The translations under genes and the position numbers were made by a program. Shown piece by piece: positions 62,383 to 64,000 of a stretch of 64,000 nt of DNA. Positions within the stretch are counted from its first letter, which is position 1. Each line of letters begins with the position of its first letter. Source of the DNA: an uncultured beta proteobacterium. Its GTDB lineage: Bacteria; Pseudomonadota; Gammaproteobacteria; Burkholderiales; Burkholderiaceae_F. The stretch is from the NCBI GenBank assembly GCA_963791235.1, contig CAWBRW010000008.1, positions 2,871-66,870 on the forward strand. The letters are read 5' to 3'. The notes below the pieces were generated by a model. It was not told the origin of the DNA and searched no databases. It saw nothing but the letters and a program-made list of their open reading frames with translations.

Positions 62383-62402
62383 TACTGTCATTAGTTACAG
62401 TA
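62383..62402. promoter_or_regulatory. LexA SOS box
   Basis: TACTGTCATTAGTTACAGTA fits the palindromic CTGT-N8-ACAG consensus (TACTG(TA)5CAGTA type). It overlaps a TATACT -10-like hexamer (62381-62386) and lies about 110 nt upstream of the UvrA-family ATG. Confidence 0.75.
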
Positions 62403-62512
62403 TCTACGTAGGCCGCGAACCATGCTTATCCCCCGATGCCACAGCGTCTTCGGCGGCAGTCAACGACCAAGCGCGACGGAGGGACATCGGGCCACGAGTA
62501 ACATGTCCGGGC

Positions 62513-64000
<1,488 letters not shown>

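Overview
Very GC-rich chromosomal segment with strong GC3 bias. Gene content and order look betaproteobacterial, probably Burkholderiales: a Bug/TctC binding protein, Omp32-type porins, and the conserved block glyA-nrdR ... ribD-ribE ... ribBA-ribH-nusB-thiL-pgpA-pncC. Coding density is high and the content is mainly housekeeping: riboflavin, thiamine and pyrimidine synthesis, glyA, tyrS, dtd, rplM-rpsI, erpA, coq7, glpKD, fadD, two sHSPs, an MscS-family channel, two tandem porins, an ABC efflux module and a partial UvrA-family gene. I saw no tRNA or rRNA genes, CRISPR arrays, transposases, integrases or recognisable defence systems, and I cannot point to a clear novel multi-gene system. The points worth a second look are listed here. 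(1) About 16 single-base frame disruptions, all between about 13.6 and 37.5 kb, hit otherwise well-conserved and partly essential genes (ribD, ribE, tyrS, anmK, an M23 peptidase, both porins, a histidine phosphatase and probably an OYE reductase), while neighbouring genes are intact. (2) Two gene remnants: a fatty-acid desaturase with an internal deletion and an in-frame stop, and the last ~45 codons of a porin. (3) A ZTP (pfl) riboswitch in front of glyA. (4) A perfect LexA SOS box in front of a divergent UvrA-family gene. (5) A structured, lower-GC intergenic region between rplM and osmC with an orphan minus-strand terminator, possibly an sRNA. (6) A tightly spaced operon of unclear function: argE-like, molybdopterin oxidoreductase, PaaK-like adenylating enzyme and a zinc aminopeptidase. 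All calls come from reading the translations and the sequence. No database search was run, and frameshift positions are approximate (about +/-10 nt).
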